Of a DNA stretch of 64,000 nt, positions 61,595 to 64,000 are shown piece by piece. The position numbers and the translations under genes were made by a program. How positions within the stretch are numbered: the first letter of the stretch is position 1; every line of letters starts with the position of its first letter. Source of the DNA: Octopus bimaculoides (taxonomy: Eukaryota); NCBI RefSeq assembly GCF_001194135.2, contig NC_068998.1, positions 2,058,321 to 2,122,320 of the forward strand. Direction: 5' to 3'. The notes under the pieces are model-generated. The model was not told the DNA's origin. It saw nothing but the letters and a program-made list of their open reading frames with translations, and made no database searches.

Positions 61595-63533
61595 TCAGAT
61601 GGAAGAGAGAAAGTACTCAACGTATGTTGTAGAGTACATTTTTTTGAAGTTGACAGATGAGGGTCCCACTGAGTAACCTGCTCAGATGATTTGTTTATAG
61701 GGATCAAATATGTGTTGTACACCAAGCTCACTCCTTCCATCAAAGTGACATTTCCTGTACAAGGGCACAGTATGCCACATGTCGTCACATGATGGAGTGA
61801 TTGCAGACCAAATTGAGAATATTAGGCTTGGTGTACCTTTCTGGTCCCTATCAAGAATAGTATGGCATCATTTCCAATTAACCAACCATAGAGGAGAGTT
61901 TTGGCGGTCAGAGTTTTCTTTCTCTTTAATAGGGGCTGGTGGCTGGGGAGCACCCAAGATGGTCTGTGAAGACCTTTGCTCAGACCTCAAGGAGGAATTT
62001 CATATTCACACACACACACACACACACACACACCTTATTTGTTTCAGTCATTAAACCGTGGCCATGCTGGGGCACCACCTTGAAGGACTTTTTTTTTTAA
62101 GCCAGTTACTTATTCTGTTGGTGTCTTTTGCCAAATCACTAAGTTTGAGGACATAAACACACCAACACTGGTTGTCAAGTAGTGGTGGGGAACACACACA
62201 CATACACACGCATACACACGCACACACACATACACACGCACACACACACACATATGGTGGGCTTCTTTCAGTTTCCATCTACCAAATCCACTCAAGGCTT
62301 TGGTCGATTCAAAGCTATAGTAGAAGATACACAAGGTACCACACTGTGGTAGTGAACCCAGAACCATGTGGTTGGGAAGCAAACTTCTTACCACACAGTC
62401 ACGTCTGCACCTGTTATAGTTATCGTCATCGCTTGGTGTTAGTTTTCCATGCTGGCATGGGTTGGGCCTGCAACATCATAGCTTTTGTTGTGTGTATAGG
62501 AACCCTTGTCCACTATTCTGGTGGGATTATGTAATTATGATGAGAATGTTTTCTTTTTTTTTTTTAAATTAAAAAAAAACAACTTCTATGTGGAATAATT
62601 TATGTCTGTGAGATTGACACATTTCTAGTTCTGAGGAGAATTTAAAGTTTAATGTAATCCAATATGTTGAAATACTGCAAACATTCTTTGGGCATCATCT
62701 GTTTGAATTTATAAAAGTTTTGTAGTTTTCTTGAAGCCTCACAATCTTTAAATAATATAAATGTTTGCGAGAAACCTTTGAGCAATGCAGGAGAGAAGTG
62801 AGGGCAAAGTATTTAAAGCGATGTCAATAAATATAAAACAAAGAGAAAAGGTTAAATTACCTTACGTATGTTGTTTAATGATCGTTTAATATTTCAGGAA
62901 AAAATTTCCCTTTTGAAATAGAATACAGGAAATAAAGAGTTCAAAGAAATGTGTTGTTACCAGCAGGCCATTATAGTGTGTTGAGAACAGGAATCTTTCT
63001 TGAAATAATATAAGATCATTAAATAACTTATTTAGCATTATACAGCATCTTTTCTTTTTGTTTTCATCTATTGACATCACCTTGTATGTTTTTTTCTAAT
63101 TTCCTCACCTGCATTGTTTTTTTCTTTATTTTCAAATATCTACATTATTCTAATTAATGTAAAACATCCAAGAAGAGTCTCCTTGTAAACCTTTCGTCTG
63201 TCTCTAAAGGTTGGCATAATCATCACAGCTCTGAAAGAAAACCCCTCCAGCCTCACCACTTCCCGGATGATATTAGAATTGGATTCTGCCTTCAGCCAAT
63301 GTTTAGACTTACAGACCTATTCAACTTATAATAGAAGGAATTAATAACAAACAGAAAATGAATCTTGTGATAAAGAATGTTTCAAGATTGAGATCTTTAT
63401 CATCAAGTGAGTCAAAGTAGCTTCCATTACATTGCTGCCAATCTGGATTGGTGCCATTCTGGTTGAGAATTCCTTACTTTAGTGTTGTGTGCCTAAATAT
63501 ATTTTATGCATGGATATTCTTGCACATGCACAT

Positions 63534-63590
<57 letters not shown>

Positions 63591-63612
63591 NNNNNNNNNN
63601 NNNNNNNNNNNN

Positions 63613-63675
<63 letters not shown>

Positions 63676-63774
63676 AATATATATGTTTGTAATGTGTGTG
63701 TGTGTAATATATATATATATATATATACATAATATATATATATACATAAAATATATATGTATGTGTGTGTATCA

Positions 63775-64000
63775 TCATCATCATCATCGTTTAACGTCCG
63801 CTTTCCATGCTAGCATGGGTTGGACGATTTGACTGAGGACTGGTGAAACCGGATGGCAACACCAGGCTCCAGTCTGATTTGGCAGAGTTTCTACAGCTGG
63901 ATGCCCTTCCTAAGGCCAACCACTCAGAGAGTGTAGTGGGTGCTTTTACGTGTCACCCGCACGAAAACGGCCACGCTCGAAATGGTGTCTTTTATGTGCC
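63775..64000 (-). mobile_element. RTE LINE 3' terminus with (GAT)n tail
   Basis: catcatcatcgtttaacgtccgctttccatgctagcatgggttggacg...cttcctaaggccaaccactcagagagtgtagtgggtgcttttacgtg continues into the same sequence seen at 42682. Confidence 0.8.

Noticed and set aside
62640-63325. Series of minus-strand splice-like sites with 80-110 nt introns
   Set aside because: The middle exon candidates (63230-63109 and ~62997-62861) have stops in all frames. At best non-coding and unsupported.
63540-63670. (CA)n-gap-(TG)n apparent palindrome
   Set aside because: The junction is an N-gap, so it is probably a scaffolding artefact at a microsatellite.

Overview
AT-rich, microsatellite- and repeat-dense animal genomic DNA with nine N-gaps. 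The repeat families and simple-repeat load look like an octopod cephalopod (inference). Supported genes: (1) the last six coding exons of SLC25A42 (mitochondrial CoA carrier) on + (258-7362), with a clean phase-consistent splice chain; (2) a 758-aa DCST2/SPE-42-type sperm-fusion gene on - (21911-24187) whose CDS has no introns; (3) a gene on + that the ORF track misses, made of six tandemly duplicated 21/24-nt symmetric microexons (17596-20540) that splice in phase onto two exons encoding an 8-cysteine module (25816-26557). If model (3) is right, DCST2 is nested antisense in its intron. The 5' (signal-peptide) exon of (3) could not be fixed. Also present: a tRNA-headed, (AAT)n-containing element ending in a Penelope-type minimal hammerhead ribozyme motif (2 copies), and decayed mariner, Tc1, pogo/Tigger, Helitron, Tx1/L1-like, CR1 and RTE fragments plus two abundant SINE families. 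From about 27 kb to 64 kb I find no confident coding exon. Nearly all listed ORFs there are microsatellite or TE artefacts. All homology calls are from motif recognition, not database searches.
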